A stretch of DNA of 58,991 nt from an uncultured virus (IMG/VR IMGVR_UViG_3300025641_000004) (lineage: Duplodnaviria; Heunggongvirae; Uroviricota; Caudoviricetes): IMG/VR virus record IMGVR_UViG_3300025641_000004; one strand, given 5' to 3'. A model generated the notes under the pieces. That model was not told the origin of the DNA and did no database searches. It saw nothing but the letters and a program-made list of their open reading frames with translations. A program made the translations under genes and the position numbers. Positions 37,496-47,066 of this stretch are shown piece after piece. Each line of letters begins with the position of its first letter. Positions within the stretch are counted from its first letter, which is position 1.

Positions 37496-38510
37496 CAAAA
37501 GAATAGTTTTAGACTTTGATGATACACTCGCTTTAACAACAAATCGCGATTGGGAACATGCTGAACCAAACATAGAGTTAATTCAAAAGGTTAATTCTTT
37601 ATATGACGATGGGTGGGAGGTTGATATTTTTACGGCACGAGGATCTATCTCTTGTAAAACTCGAGAAGAAGCTAAAGAAAAGTATGCCGGCCAAATCAAA
37701 AAGTGGCTAAAGAAAAACGGAGTCAAGTATAGGTCTCTAAGTTTTGACAAACCACTCGCTGCATACTATATTGACGATAAAGGTATCTCTCCTGAACTTT
37801 TCCTTAAGACTGATATTAGACAACTCGATGGAGGTTTGTCTGGTGCTGATATTTTTACTGATGGAACATATGTTCATAAAACAGATAAGAATGCTCACAA
37901 AGTTAATGAATGGTATTCACAAGTAAAGAACTATATTAATACACCTGAAGTTCTAAGACTTGTTGGTGAAACTTTAACAATTGAGTATATACAACATGAC
38001 AAAAGTTTCTTCAAGAATAATTTCCACCGTGCAATCGGAATTATTCAAGAAAGTCTTGAAGATTTAAAGGAGATTGATTCGCCTGAAGATTCTCTTGAAT
38101 TTTCTGATTATGTTGCGCGGATTTATTCGCACTCTGATATTTCTGGTGAGTCATATTTTAATACCATATGTGATTCTCTTAAGTATTTAAATCTTAAACG
38201 TTCATTTTCTCATGGCGACTTTGGAGTTACAAATATGTTATTTAAGAGTGAGACTCTTTACTTAATTGACCCTATTCCCGATGTGTTTGGCTGTACCGAA
38301 ATTGATGCAGCTAAATTCTGTGCGAGCCTTATCGTGAATCAATATGATAACGACATAGTCAATAACTCGATCTCAACATTATCTATGTTTAATTCTATTA
38401 ATCAGACCGACTTTAAAATTCTTATTGCGGCTGAACTCATTCGAGTTTTTAAATATCATCCTAATAACCAAATCATTTCTAAAGCAGTTAAAAACATATG
38501 TGTATTATGA
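37488..38510 (+). CDS. HAD phosphatase fused to an APH/choline-kinase-like domain
   Basis: VLDFDDTL, FTARG, KP..YYIDDK (HAD); HGDFGVTNML and YLIDP (kinase). Confidence 0.8.
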   Translation: MHNKRIVLDFDDTLALTTNRDWEHAEPNIELIQKVNSLYDDGWEVDIFTARGSISCKTREEAKEKYAGQIKKWLKKNGVKYRSLSFDKPLAAYYIDDKGISPELFLKTDIRQLDGGLSGADIFTDGTYVHKTDKNAHKVNEWYSQVKNYINTPEVLRLVGETLTIEYIQHDKSFFKNNFHRAIGIIQESLEDLKEIDSPEDSLEFSDYVARIYSHSDISGESYFNTICDSLKYLNLKRSFSHGDFGVTNMLFKSETLYLIDPIPDVFGCTEIDAAKFCASLIVNQYDNDIVNNSISTLSMFNSINQTDFKILIAAELIRVFKYHPNNQIISKAVKNICVL

Positions 38511-39415
38511 ACAACATTTTAATAATAAGTAACAAACCTGAACGGCTCGAATCGTTCATTAAATATTACAACATTTTCAATGAACCGACTGATATAGTTC
38601 TAAATGTAATACTCGATGATCGTTATCAAACATATGATCTTAGTGATACTATTAAGGATAATTATAACATCTATTATGCGTCTGATGCGGTTAAGCAATT
38701 GGTTCCAAGATTATCTGATCCTGAGACCGCGGAGATTATCCTTGACAAATTCCGTTTGTCAATTAAGCTTCTTGTTATTTTATATGCTCATGAAGTACTA
38801 GGTATGGAAAAGGTTTGTATGATGGACGATGACACGTTCCTTATTCAACCTATTGATAGTTACTTCGAAAATGATTATGTTTTCTATAATGAAAGAGTAC
38901 TTGGTCGCATGTCTGTTGCTGTCGAGAATCTTATGACAGGAATCTACAGTGATCTTGTGGATGTTCATAAAATGAATACTAAGCCCCACTTTACTTTAAA
39001 CTCAGGTCAGGTAATACATACAAAAAATCCAAATCTATTCAAGTTTATTGATAGAGCGTTCTGTTCAGACTTACTTAATGTCGTATGTGGAGCTATCGAG
39101 AAGTATAAATCAAAGAAGAACTACCTGGGTAATATTCATCATCGACCAATTGGTGGAAAGTATTGGATCATGGAACAAAACGTCTATGCTGTTTACTTCA
39201 GGTGGTTAACCGAGAATGGTTATGCTGTAAAAGAGTTTCCAAGAAATGAGTTTAAGCTATACGAAGGCCTTCTTAAACCAAATTATACAATGGACAGAAT
39301 TAGAAAACTTCCAAAATTTTTACATTACCTTCCTACAGATAAGTCACCGTTATATGATACGGTCGCAAAGCAGCTTGACAGAATCATAAATAAAGAAATA
39401 CATGTTCCTAGATAA
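38507..39415 (+). CDS. putative GT-A/nucleotide-diphospho-sugar transferase
   Basis: MMDDDTF (DxD), LNSG, WIMEQ, FLHY; ATGA coupling. Confidence 0.55.
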   Translation: MNNILIISNKPERLESFIKYYNIFNEPTDIVLNVILDDRYQTYDLSDTIKDNYNIYYASDAVKQLVPRLSDPETAEIILDKFRLSIKLLVILYAHEVLGMEKVCMMDDDTFLIQPIDSYFENDYVFYNERVLGRMSVAVENLMTGIYSDLVDVHKMNTKPHFTLNSGQVIHTKNPNLFKFIDRAFCSDLLNVVCGAIEKYKSKKNYLGNIHHRPIGGKYWIMEQNVYAVYFRWLTENGYAVKEFPRNEFKLYEGLLKPNYTMDRIRKLPKFLHYLPTDKSPLYDTVAKQLDRIINKEIHVPR

Positions 39416-39836
39416 AAATAAACTACCAAATGATGCTAAGATTGGCTTCACCTGTTCAACCTTCGATTTATTACACGCCGGTCATATTGTGATGTTGCAA
39501 GAAGCAAAATCATTATGCGACTATCTTGTATGTGGTCTATTAATTGATCCAACTGTTGACCGCCCTGATTCTAAAAACAAACCGATCCAATCTCCATTTG
39601 AAAGGTACGTACAATTATCGTCATGCCGATATGTCGATGAAGTTATACCTTTCACGACTGAGCAAGAAATAGTTGACATCATATTAACTATAAATCCTGA
39701 CATCAGAATTGTTGGCGAAGAATATCGAGACACGGATCACACAGGAAAGGGCTTATGCCCTGTACATTATAATAAAAGAAAACATTCATTCTCTTCGTCA
39801 GATCTTAGAGACCGAGTAATAAAATCAAATATATAA
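39402..39836 (+). CDS. TagD-like (glycerol-3-phosphate) cytidylyltransferase
   Basis: FDLLHAGH, YVDEVIP, R.H.FSSS.LR. Confidence 0.88.
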   Translation: MFLDKNKLPNDAKIGFTCSTFDLLHAGHIVMLQEAKSLCDYLVCGLLIDPTVDRPDSKNKPIQSPFERYVQLSSCRYVDEVIPFTTEQEIVDIILTINPDIRIVGEEYRDTDHTGKGLCPVHYNKRKHSFSSSDLRDRVIKSNI

Positions 39837-39922
39837 TTATATAAAACACACGCCTATTACATCATGATGATCATGATAGGCAAAGCATAATAAAAATTTA
39901 AGTAAAAAAATATTAAAATAAA

Positions 39923-41137
39923 ATGAAAAGTGAAATAACATATGGCAGTATCGTGCCTTTAATCGGAGGAGAAAGTTTAGGAATTCAAAATGTTCTTGAT
40001 GGTAAACATCCTGAATGGGTAATGTCATATCGAGCTTTTGAAGCTAATGATGCCCATTATATGAATCATATTAGAAACCAAGGGTATGAAGGAGATTATG
40101 TATTTCTTGATGAAACTCATGGTTATAAAGCAAAACAAGTAGATGTAGTAAATACGGTTTGCCCTTGCGCAGGTTTATCATCCTTATCACCAACATCAAA
40201 TGCTAAGAGTGCTACAAACGATTGGATGTATCATACGGCCGAGCATGTTCTTGAAAATATTAAACCAAAAGTATTTTGGGGAGAGAACGCGCCAAGACTA
40301 GCGATGTCAACAGGAGCTCCGGTTGTCGATAAATTAAAAGAAATTGCTAAGAAATTTAATTATACATTTAGCATTTACAAAACAAAAAGTCTGGTGCAAG
40401 GTTTTTCTCAAGTTCGTGATAGGACGTTCTATTTCTTTTGGAAAGACGATTCTGTTCCACTCTTTGATTATATCCATCGACCAAATCAAAAAATTGAAGA
40501 TTTATTAAACGCCGTTGTAAATGATCCGGAAGATCCTATGAGCGAAGTTCTTAATAAAGATATTCCTTCAGAGTTTTGTTTATATAATTATATTCTCAAT
40601 GAAATTCATGGCGGTATTTCTCATGCTGAGTTTGTAGATAAGCATTTAGAAAAATCATCAAATGCGTTTCATTATATTGAAAATAACGATTCATATGATA
40701 AACTAATCCCATGGCTACAAGAAAAGGGAGAAGATCGTTGGGCTGCTACAATTGGTCGAATGAATGAAAAAATTAAAAATGGCAAAGGAGTAATGAGAAG
40801 AACTGTTACATGGCCCAAGGATTATATTGGTGCTTTTGTTGGCCACCTCCCACAATGGCTTACTCATCCAACTGAAGATCGTTATTTAACGGTTCGCGAG
40901 TGTATGGAAATTATGTATTTGCCTAAAGACTTTCAATTACTTAATACTAAACAATGGAATCATATTTGTCAAAATGTTCCTGTTAAGACAGCCGAAGATA
41001 TGATGGGCCAAATTGTAAAATATTTACAAGGTGATCTTGATAAAGTAAATACCACATATATCTTACAAGATAATAAAAGGCAGAGGTGGGAAGCTGAACA
41101 AGAATGTGAAACCGCTTCATTAGAAGACTTCACATAA
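39923..41137 (+). CDS. C5-cytosine methyltransferase-fold protein with atypical motifs I and X
   Basis: PC (VCPCAGLS), ENAP, QVRDR, RYLTVRE; PLIGG instead of FxGxG; C-terminal SLEDF. Confidence 0.75.
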   Translation: MKSEITYGSIVPLIGGESLGIQNVLDGKHPEWVMSYRAFEANDAHYMNHIRNQGYEGDYVFLDETHGYKAKQVDVVNTVCPCAGLSSLSPTSNAKSATNDWMYHTAEHVLENIKPKVFWGENAPRLAMSTGAPVVDKLKEIAKKFNYTFSIYKTKSLVQGFSQVRDRTFYFFWKDDSVPLFDYIHRPNQKIEDLLNAVVNDPEDPMSEVLNKDIPSEFCLYNYILNEIHGGISHAEFVDKHLEKSSNAFHYIENNDSYDKLIPWLQEKGEDRWAATIGRMNEKIKNGKGVMRRTVTWPKDYIGAFVGHLPQWLTHPTEDRYLTVRECMEIMYLPKDFQLLNTKQWNHICQNVPVKTAEDMMGQIVKYLQGDLDKVNTTYILQDNKRQRWEAEQECETASLEDFT

Positions 41138-41153
41138 TAATAATATTTAATGA

Positions 41154-41182
41154 TTTACATTCATTAAAAAATAGATTATAAT
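41154..41182 (+). promoter_or_regulatory. sigma70-like promoter for uvsX
   Basis: TTTACA-N17-TATAAT. Confidence 0.78.
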
Positions 41183-41207
41183 ATTAACAGCAACAAAATA
41201 AAACTAT

Positions 41208-42296
41208 ATGTCATTACTAGATAAACTAAAAAAGAACTGCCGAGTAAAAGAAGCCGACGTCCTAGCCGATAGCCAATTTTACGCGGAGAAGGATATGATT
41301 CCAACACCAGTGCCGATGATTAACGTCGCGCTTAGTGGAAAAATGGATGGGGGTTTAACAAGCGGGTTAACCGTATTGGCTGGGCCTTCTAAACACTTTA
41401 AAACTTCATTTGCTCTACTAATGGCAAGTGCTTATTTAAAACAACATAAGGACGCGGTTCTAATGTTTTATGATTCAGAGTTTGGTTCTCCGCAAGCATA
41501 CTTTGAAAGCTTTGGTATTGATATTAACCGAGTACTTCATATTCCTATTAAGAATGTCGAAGAACTGAAGTTCGATATGATTAACCAATTTGAAGATCTA
41601 GATCGCAAAGATAAAGTTATTGTTATTATTGATTCGATTGGTAACCTTGCATCTAAGAAGGAGATGGACGACGCTATTAACGAAAAGAGTGTCGCTGATA
41701 TGAGCCGAGCAAAATCCATTAAGGGTTTATTCCGAATGGCTACTCCTTACTTAACAATGAAAGACATTCCTCTGATTGCAGTTAACCATACATATCAAGA
41801 GATGGGGCTGTTTCCAAGAGCGGTTGTATCAGGAGGAACTGGAATTTATTATTCAGCAGATACCATTTGGATTATTGGTCGTTCACAAGATAAAAAAGGA
41901 ACAGAGATTCAAGGTTATCACTTTAACGTTGTAGTTGAGAAAAGCAGATTTGTTAAAGAGAAAAGCCGTATTCCAATTACAGTGAGTTGGGAAGGTGGAA
42001 TTCAAAAATGGAGTGGCCTGCTTGATGTTGCGATTGACGGAGGTTATGCTACAAAACCAAAGAACGGATGGTACATGGCAAATAACCCAGAGACGGGTGA
42101 AGAACTGCATCCTGTTAACCGTCGTGCCGCCGACACTCTTAATAAAGAGTTTTGGGAACCTATCTTTGAGAAAACTGACTTTGCCGATTTTATTAAAAAC
42201 AAATTTACGATTGGTTTACATGATATGTCAGGTGATGAAGCTGAAGTGGTTGTAGATGCCGCTCTTGAAACTGAAACTATTGAAGAAGATGCTTGA
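41208..42296 (+). CDS. uvsX: RecA-like recombinase UvsX
   Basis: AGPSKHFKT, FYDSEFG, DSIGNLAS, SGGTG. Confidence 0.96.
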   Translation: MSLLDKLKKNCRVKEADVLADSQFYAEKDMIPTPVPMINVALSGKMDGGLTSGLTVLAGPSKHFKTSFALLMASAYLKQHKDAVLMFYDSEFGSPQAYFESFGIDINRVLHIPIKNVEELKFDMINQFEDLDRKDKVIVIIDSIGNLASKKEMDDAINEKSVADMSRAKSIKGLFRMATPYLTMKDIPLIAVNHTYQEMGLFPRAVVSGGTGIYYSADTIWIIGRSQDKKGTEIQGYHFNVVVEKSRFVKEKSRIPITVSWEGGIQKWSGLLDVAIDGGYATKPKNGWYMANNPETGEELHPVNRRAADTLNKEFWEPIFEKTDFADFIKNKFTIGLHDMSGDEAEVVVDAALETETIEEDA

Positions 42297-42591
42297 AGAA
42301 GGATCAGACTATGAAATTGTTTCCCATGGTAAAATTAAAGACCATGCTTCAATTAAAATTCTTAAAGGAGAATATGAAGGCGTCCAATATAGTTATGGGA
42401 AAATCTCATTTGAATTAAAGGACGTTGATGGTATGGAACTGCCAGTATTAAAGTTCATTTATGAAATTGATAAACATCCTGAAACAATAGAAAAAGAAAC
42501 CTTAGAAAAAGACCAATATTTTACATCTTATATTGGAACTATATTAGATAAAATATTAATAGAACAAGGTCAAACAGATAAGCATGAATAA
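42289..42591 (+). CDS. hypothetical protein in the gp40 position
   Basis: Between uvsX and gp41; likely start ATG 42289. Confidence 0.6.
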   Translation: MLEEGSDYEIVSHGKIKDHASIKILKGEYEGVQYSYGKISFELKDVDGMELPVLKFIYEIDKHPETIEKETLEKDQYFTSYIGTILDKILIEQGQTDKHE

Positions 42592-43981
42592 ATCTTTCGA
42601 GGAAATTATATTAACAAATTTAATTAATAATGAGAAGTTTTGTAGAAAATCATTACCTCATATTAAATCAGAATATTTTGATAACCAAGAAAAAGCAGTT
42701 TATGATTTAATCGTTAACTTTATTTCTAAGTATAACAAACTGCCAACAAGTAACGTTCTTTTAATTGAACTTCAGAATTCTGAATATAGTAATCGTAGCG
42801 ATGTAAATGAAATATATCAAACAATTACTAATTTAGAACAAGCTGATAATAGCGATGAAGATTGGTTGTTAGAAAGTACTGAAACATGGTGTAAAGATCG
42901 AGCAGTTCATAATGCAGTAATGGAAAGTATTTCTATTATTGATGGAAAGAGCCCAGATAAAAACGAAGGTATTATTCCAGAGATTTTAAGTAAAGCTCTT
43001 TCCGTAACATTTGATACGGCGGTTGGCCATGATTATATTGGCGATGCTGAATCTCGATTTGATTTTTATAATAGAGATGAAGAGAAGTTACCATTTGATT
43101 TAACAATGTTTAATGAAATCACCGGCGGTGGTTTACCTAATAAAACATTAAACATTATCCTTGCAGGAACTGGTGTTGGTAAGAGTTTGGCTATGTGCCA
43201 CCTTGCTGCAGATGGAATTTCTCAAGGAAAGAATGTTCTTTATATAACAATGGAAATGGCTGAAGAGCGTATCGCTGAACGTATTGATGCTAATTTGTTT
43301 GATGTAAGGATTGATCAACTTGATACGCTTTCCCGTGAAAACTTTAATTCTAAAATAAAGAAAGTTTCTGATAAAGTTAAAGGTCAGTTGATTATTAAGG
43401 AATACCCAACTGCTGGAGCTCATGTTGGTCACTTCAGAGCTTTGATAACAGAGCTTAAAATGAAGAAACAATTTGTACCAGATGTTATCTTTATTGATTA
43501 TCTAAACATTTGTGCTAGTAGCAGAATTAAAGGTTTAAGCGGAGGCGTTAACACCTATTCTTTAATTAAAAGTATTGCTGAAGAAGTTAGAGGATTGGCC
43601 GTTGAGTGTAATGTTCCAATTTGGAGTGCTACTCAGGTTACTCGTTCTGGATTTAATAATTCCGATGTTGACTTAACTGATACATCAGAAAGTTTCGGCT
43701 TACCTGCCACAGCTGACTTAATGATTGCTTTAATTAGTAATGAACAGTTAGAAGGAATGAATCAAATAATGGTAAAGCAATTGAAGAATCGTTATAATGA
43801 TCCAAGTAATAATAAACGGTTTGTCGTTGGAGTAGATAAATCTAAGATGCGTTTATATGATGTTGCTGACCCAACTCAAGATATATTAGATGATTCTAAA
43901 ATAGCAGGAGCACAAGTGGGTAATAGTGATGCCATGCATAACATTGGTAAGAACGTAGACTTCTCTGGTTTTAAAGTTTGA
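42584..43981 (+). CDS. 41: replicative helicase gp41
   Basis: LAGTGVGKS, YITMEMAE, IDYLNI, SATQ, SESFGLPATAD, QLKNRY. Confidence 0.97.
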   Translation: MNKSFEEIILTNLINNEKFCRKSLPHIKSEYFDNQEKAVYDLIVNFISKYNKLPTSNVLLIELQNSEYSNRSDVNEIYQTITNLEQADNSDEDWLLESTETWCKDRAVHNAVMESISIIDGKSPDKNEGIIPEILSKALSVTFDTAVGHDYIGDAESRFDFYNRDEEKLPFDLTMFNEITGGGLPNKTLNIILAGTGVGKSLAMCHLAADGISQGKNVLYITMEMAEERIAERIDANLFDVRIDQLDTLSRENFNSKIKKVSDKVKGQLIIKEYPTAGAHVGHFRALITELKMKKQFVPDVIFIDYLNICASSRIKGLSGGVNTYSLIKSIAEEVRGLAVECNVPIWSATQVTRSGFNNSDVDLTDTSESFGLPATADLMIALISNEQLEGMNQIMVKQLKNRYNDPSNNKRFVVGVDKSKMRLYDVADPTQDILDDSKIAGAQVGNSDAMHNIGKNVDFSGFKV

Positions 43982-43986
43982 AACTT

Positions 43987-43994
43987 TATAAATA
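43987..43994 (+). promoter_or_regulatory. T4-type late promoter
   Basis: TATAAATA. Confidence 0.7.
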
Positions 43995-44016
43995 ACTAAA
44001 ATTACTATTACACTAA

Positions 44017-45573
44017 ATGGATATTAACAAACTAAGATTTAAGGATTTCGTATTAACTGAAGGTATTTCATCAGGCTCTATTGAGAAAGCTACCTTTTTA
44101 ATGATTAAGTATTTAAAAAAGAAGACGGGTTTAAACCTTTTCGCAATGCCAGAGCTAGAGCAATATAAAGGATCTGCTGGTAAAGGATTTGGTTTACGTT
44201 TGTTCGCTAATAAGAATGGTATATCCGTTCGATTAAACTTCTCTTCAACAAGAGCTCAAACGAATGCATTAACCGGATTTGATGTTTGGTTAGGAGACGG
44301 TAAACCATCAACACGAGTTGAGTTTGCTAATATGACAAGCGTTGTTAAAATCCTTCCTATTGTTGCTGAAATCATTAATAACAAAGGTTCAAACAGTAAA
44401 GTAGTTTATACTATTCCAGATGGAGTTCCTTTAAATGAAGGATACGCATATGGAACAGATTCCATTCTTTTAAAAGAAGCAGCGGGAGCTGGTGATGTTC
44501 CAGCAATGTTTGATGATATTGTTGATATGATTGTATCTCCTAACTTTTCAAAAGGGAAGATCTATAGGAAATATAAAAGTGCTGGAGTTAAAGTATTCGA
44601 AGCTCTTGAAGAAGTATATCCAAAGAACATTACCAAGCAAGGCGTTAAATATGTATTTGACGGTAAGCCTGCAGTAGTACAAAAGATCAAGAAAGATAAA
44701 TCTAAAATTCTTGAAATGATTGGCGCTAACGAAGGTAAAGTAACTAAAGGGAGTGCTAAAGAAACATATGCTGATAATTCAAATGCAGATGAGCTTTTAA
44801 ATGATAGAGAACGATTAAGTTTTGAAGCTCAGTTAGAAGATCTTGAGAATCTATTGAAACTAACCGTTAATGGCGCAGCGAACGCAATCTTTATTGCTGG
44901 GCGTGGCGGAGTTGGTAAAACGTTTACTACAGAAAAGATTCTTGGTGAAATGGGTTATAGAGATGGAGCTGGTTACTTTAAGAACACTGGTTCTGCTAGT
45001 GCGGCTGGAATGTATTCTCTATTATTTAAATATAAGAATGAAATTATCTTCTTCGATGATAGTGACGATGCTCTTAAAGACCAAGAAAGCCGTAACCTTT
45101 TAAAAGCTGCAACCGATACCAAAAAGATTCGTAAACTCGTTTGGAACAAGATGGGTAAGAATGTTGCAGAGCCTGATGAAATGACTGACGATGAAATCCT
45201 TGATGCTGGATTAATTCCACGTTACTTTGAATTCACGGGCAAGATCATCTTTATCTCTAACCTTAAGATGAACAAGCTTGATCCTGATGGCGCACTAAGA
45301 ACTCGAGCATTTATTATTGATATTGATCCAACCGAAGGCGAAATTTACGACTTTATGGATAAGATTGTCGGTAAGATTTCTTTAGAAGAAGGTTTAACTC
45401 TTGATTTAACAGAACGTAAACGAGTAGTTGATCTATTAAGAAAAGGAAAAAGTAAGCAATCATCAAACCTTCGTAAGCTATCCCGTGGTTTAAATATGGC
45501 CGCTGGAGCTTTAAAAGCAGGTGTTGCCGTTGCCGATAAAGAGTTGGCTCGTATGATTGAAATTTACGCTTAA
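44017..45573 (+). CDS. AAA-type ATPase with uncharacterised N-terminal domains and CTS-like leader
   Basis: GRGGVGKT, IIFFDDSD, FISN, ALRTR; leader RFKDFVLTE. Confidence 0.75.
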   Translation: MDINKLRFKDFVLTEGISSGSIEKATFLMIKYLKKKTGLNLFAMPELEQYKGSAGKGFGLRLFANKNGISVRLNFSSTRAQTNALTGFDVWLGDGKPSTRVEFANMTSVVKILPIVAEIINNKGSNSKVVYTIPDGVPLNEGYAYGTDSILLKEAAGAGDVPAMFDDIVDMIVSPNFSKGKIYRKYKSAGVKVFEALEEVYPKNITKQGVKYVFDGKPAVVQKIKKDKSKILEMIGANEGKVTKGSAKETYADNSNADELLNDRERLSFEAQLEDLENLLKLTVNGAANAIFIAGRGGVGKTFTTEKILGEMGYRDGAGYFKNTGSASAAGMYSLLFKYKNEIIFFDDSDDALKDQESRNLLKAATDTKKIRKLVWNKMGKNVAEPDEMTDDEILDAGLIPRYFEFTGKIIFISNLKMNKLDPDGALRTRAFIIDIDPTEGEIYDFMDKIVGKISLEEGLTLDLTERKRVVDLLRKGKSKQSSNLRKLSRGLNMAAGALKAGVAVADKELARMIEIYA

Positions 45574-45584
45574 TAAATAATAAT

Positions 45585-46967
45585 ATGAAATCATTTCAAA
45601 CTTTCTTAATTGAGGGAACCAAGTTAACTCCCCGTGAATTAAAAAAACCAGCTACTGGAGGGCCGAACTCTGGAGTTTCTCGCCTTGAAATTCTTTCTAA
45701 TAAAATTAGAAAACAAGAACCTTTAACTTTAGCAAATGGTAAAACGTTTATTGTGACTGATACTGCTGGAGCTTTATCTTCTATTGAACAATTTAGAAAA
45801 GACGGAATGGCTTTTAAACTAATTGGAAAAAGCGGATCGGAAATTTCATCGTCGGATCTATTAAAAACGCTTGAGTTTGGTGGTGGTACTGGAGCTGGTG
45901 GTGGAACAAAAAATACAGCAATTGGAGAATCTGCTCAATGTGTATGGATGGCCGCAATGGTTGAAATTGGATATGATAAACCAATTGAAAGTTTTACTGA
46001 TGAAGTATTAACTAAAGCGTTTAAAAAGGTAAGTGTTGGAAAAACTTCGTTAAAAGATATTTTAAGTATTGATGAGAGTTGGAAAACATCCTCATATTTA
46101 ACAGCACACTTCGCAATTAAAGAGCGTCTTATTGAAAGAGGTATGACTTTTCATAGAGATGATTCTCTTATGAAAGAAATTTATAAAGCTAAAAACACAG
46201 CTTTTAAAAATAACGATTTTAAACCACTTACAGATGATAAATGGAACCCAGGCGATATTTGGGTGGCTGATTCTGACTTTAAATTATCAGAATTAAAAAC
46301 TGATACACTAGAAGGATTTAATGATGATATACTCGACTTATATTTACAAAAGAGACTTGTTGGTATTTCATTAAAGAAAGTTTCTAAAGCAGTAAAAGGA
46401 GTTGAAAAAAATGTTACTCGTCCACCAGAAACTGAAGATTACAAATTTGTAGCAGGCCATATTAAAGCGTTAACACGAGGAGAATGGTATACAAGTAAAA
46501 CTAATTATATTACTTATATGGGCGGGCAACTAGATATTAGAGCAAACACCGGTTTTGGTTCTCATAAAGTAGAAATTAAAGGTAAAGGCGCCAGAGGAGG
46601 CGGAGCTTCTTGGGGCGTTATGTCTGATGCTGCTAAAAGAATTTATCGAAAAGAACTTCCAAAAAATAATAAAATGAAAAAAGATGCTAAACTAATAGCA
46701 TCTGGTGATAAAAGAGCAGTTCAAAATTTTACTAAGTTATTACAAACCGTGGATAAAAAAATATCCAATGCAGAAGTAATAGAAAAATTAGCAAGTCTTG
46801 GCAAAAACGCTGATATATGGGTTCACGGTAAACTAGGTGGCCTTTATGTATTACAATTAATATCAAAAGGTGGCCAAAAGGCAAATAAGTTTATTACTCA
46901 GATAATTAACTATGCTGGTAGTTCTACTTCAGACTCAAGCGCATATATTATTCTAAAAGAGAAATAA
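45585..46967 (+). CDS. putative PD-(D/E)xK-like nuclease-fold protein with CTS-like leader
   Basis: MKSFQTFLIE; ESAQC, DKWNPGDIW, VGISLKK. Confidence 0.5.
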   Translation: MKSFQTFLIEGTKLTPRELKKPATGGPNSGVSRLEILSNKIRKQEPLTLANGKTFIVTDTAGALSSIEQFRKDGMAFKLIGKSGSEISSSDLLKTLEFGGGTGAGGGTKNTAIGESAQCVWMAAMVEIGYDKPIESFTDEVLTKAFKKVSVGKTSLKDILSIDESWKTSSYLTAHFAIKERLIERGMTFHRDDSLMKEIYKAKNTAFKNNDFKPLTDDKWNPGDIWVADSDFKLSELKTDTLEGFNDDILDLYLQKRLVGISLKKVSKAVKGVEKNVTRPPETEDYKFVAGHIKALTRGEWYTSKTNYITYMGGQLDIRANTGFGSHKVEIKGKGARGGGASWGVMSDAAKRIYRKELPKNNKMKKDAKLIASGDKRAVQNFTKLLQTVDKKISNAEVIEKLASLGKNADIWVHGKLGGLYVLQLISKGGQKANKFITQIINYAGSSTSDSSAYIILKEK

Positions 46968-46982
46968 TATTATTAGTATCAA

Positions 46983-47066
46983 ATGAAGATATTAACATTC
47001 ATACTAATAGTTATAGTACTAACCTCATGTGGCATTGCGCCTCCTGAGTGTATGATTGGGCATTAA
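46983..47066 (+). CDS. 27-aa micro-lipoprotein candidate
   Basis: MKILTFILIVIVLTSCGIAPPECMIGH: basic N-terminus, hydrophobic core, lipobox LTS|C; fills the intergenic gap. Confidence 0.55.
   Translation: MKILTFILIVIVLTSCGIAPPECMIGH

Noticed and set aside
39852..39881. Palindromic ATCATGA-TGA-TCATGAT hairpin before the MTase-like gene
   Set aside because: Single occurrence, no U-tract, no supportable function.
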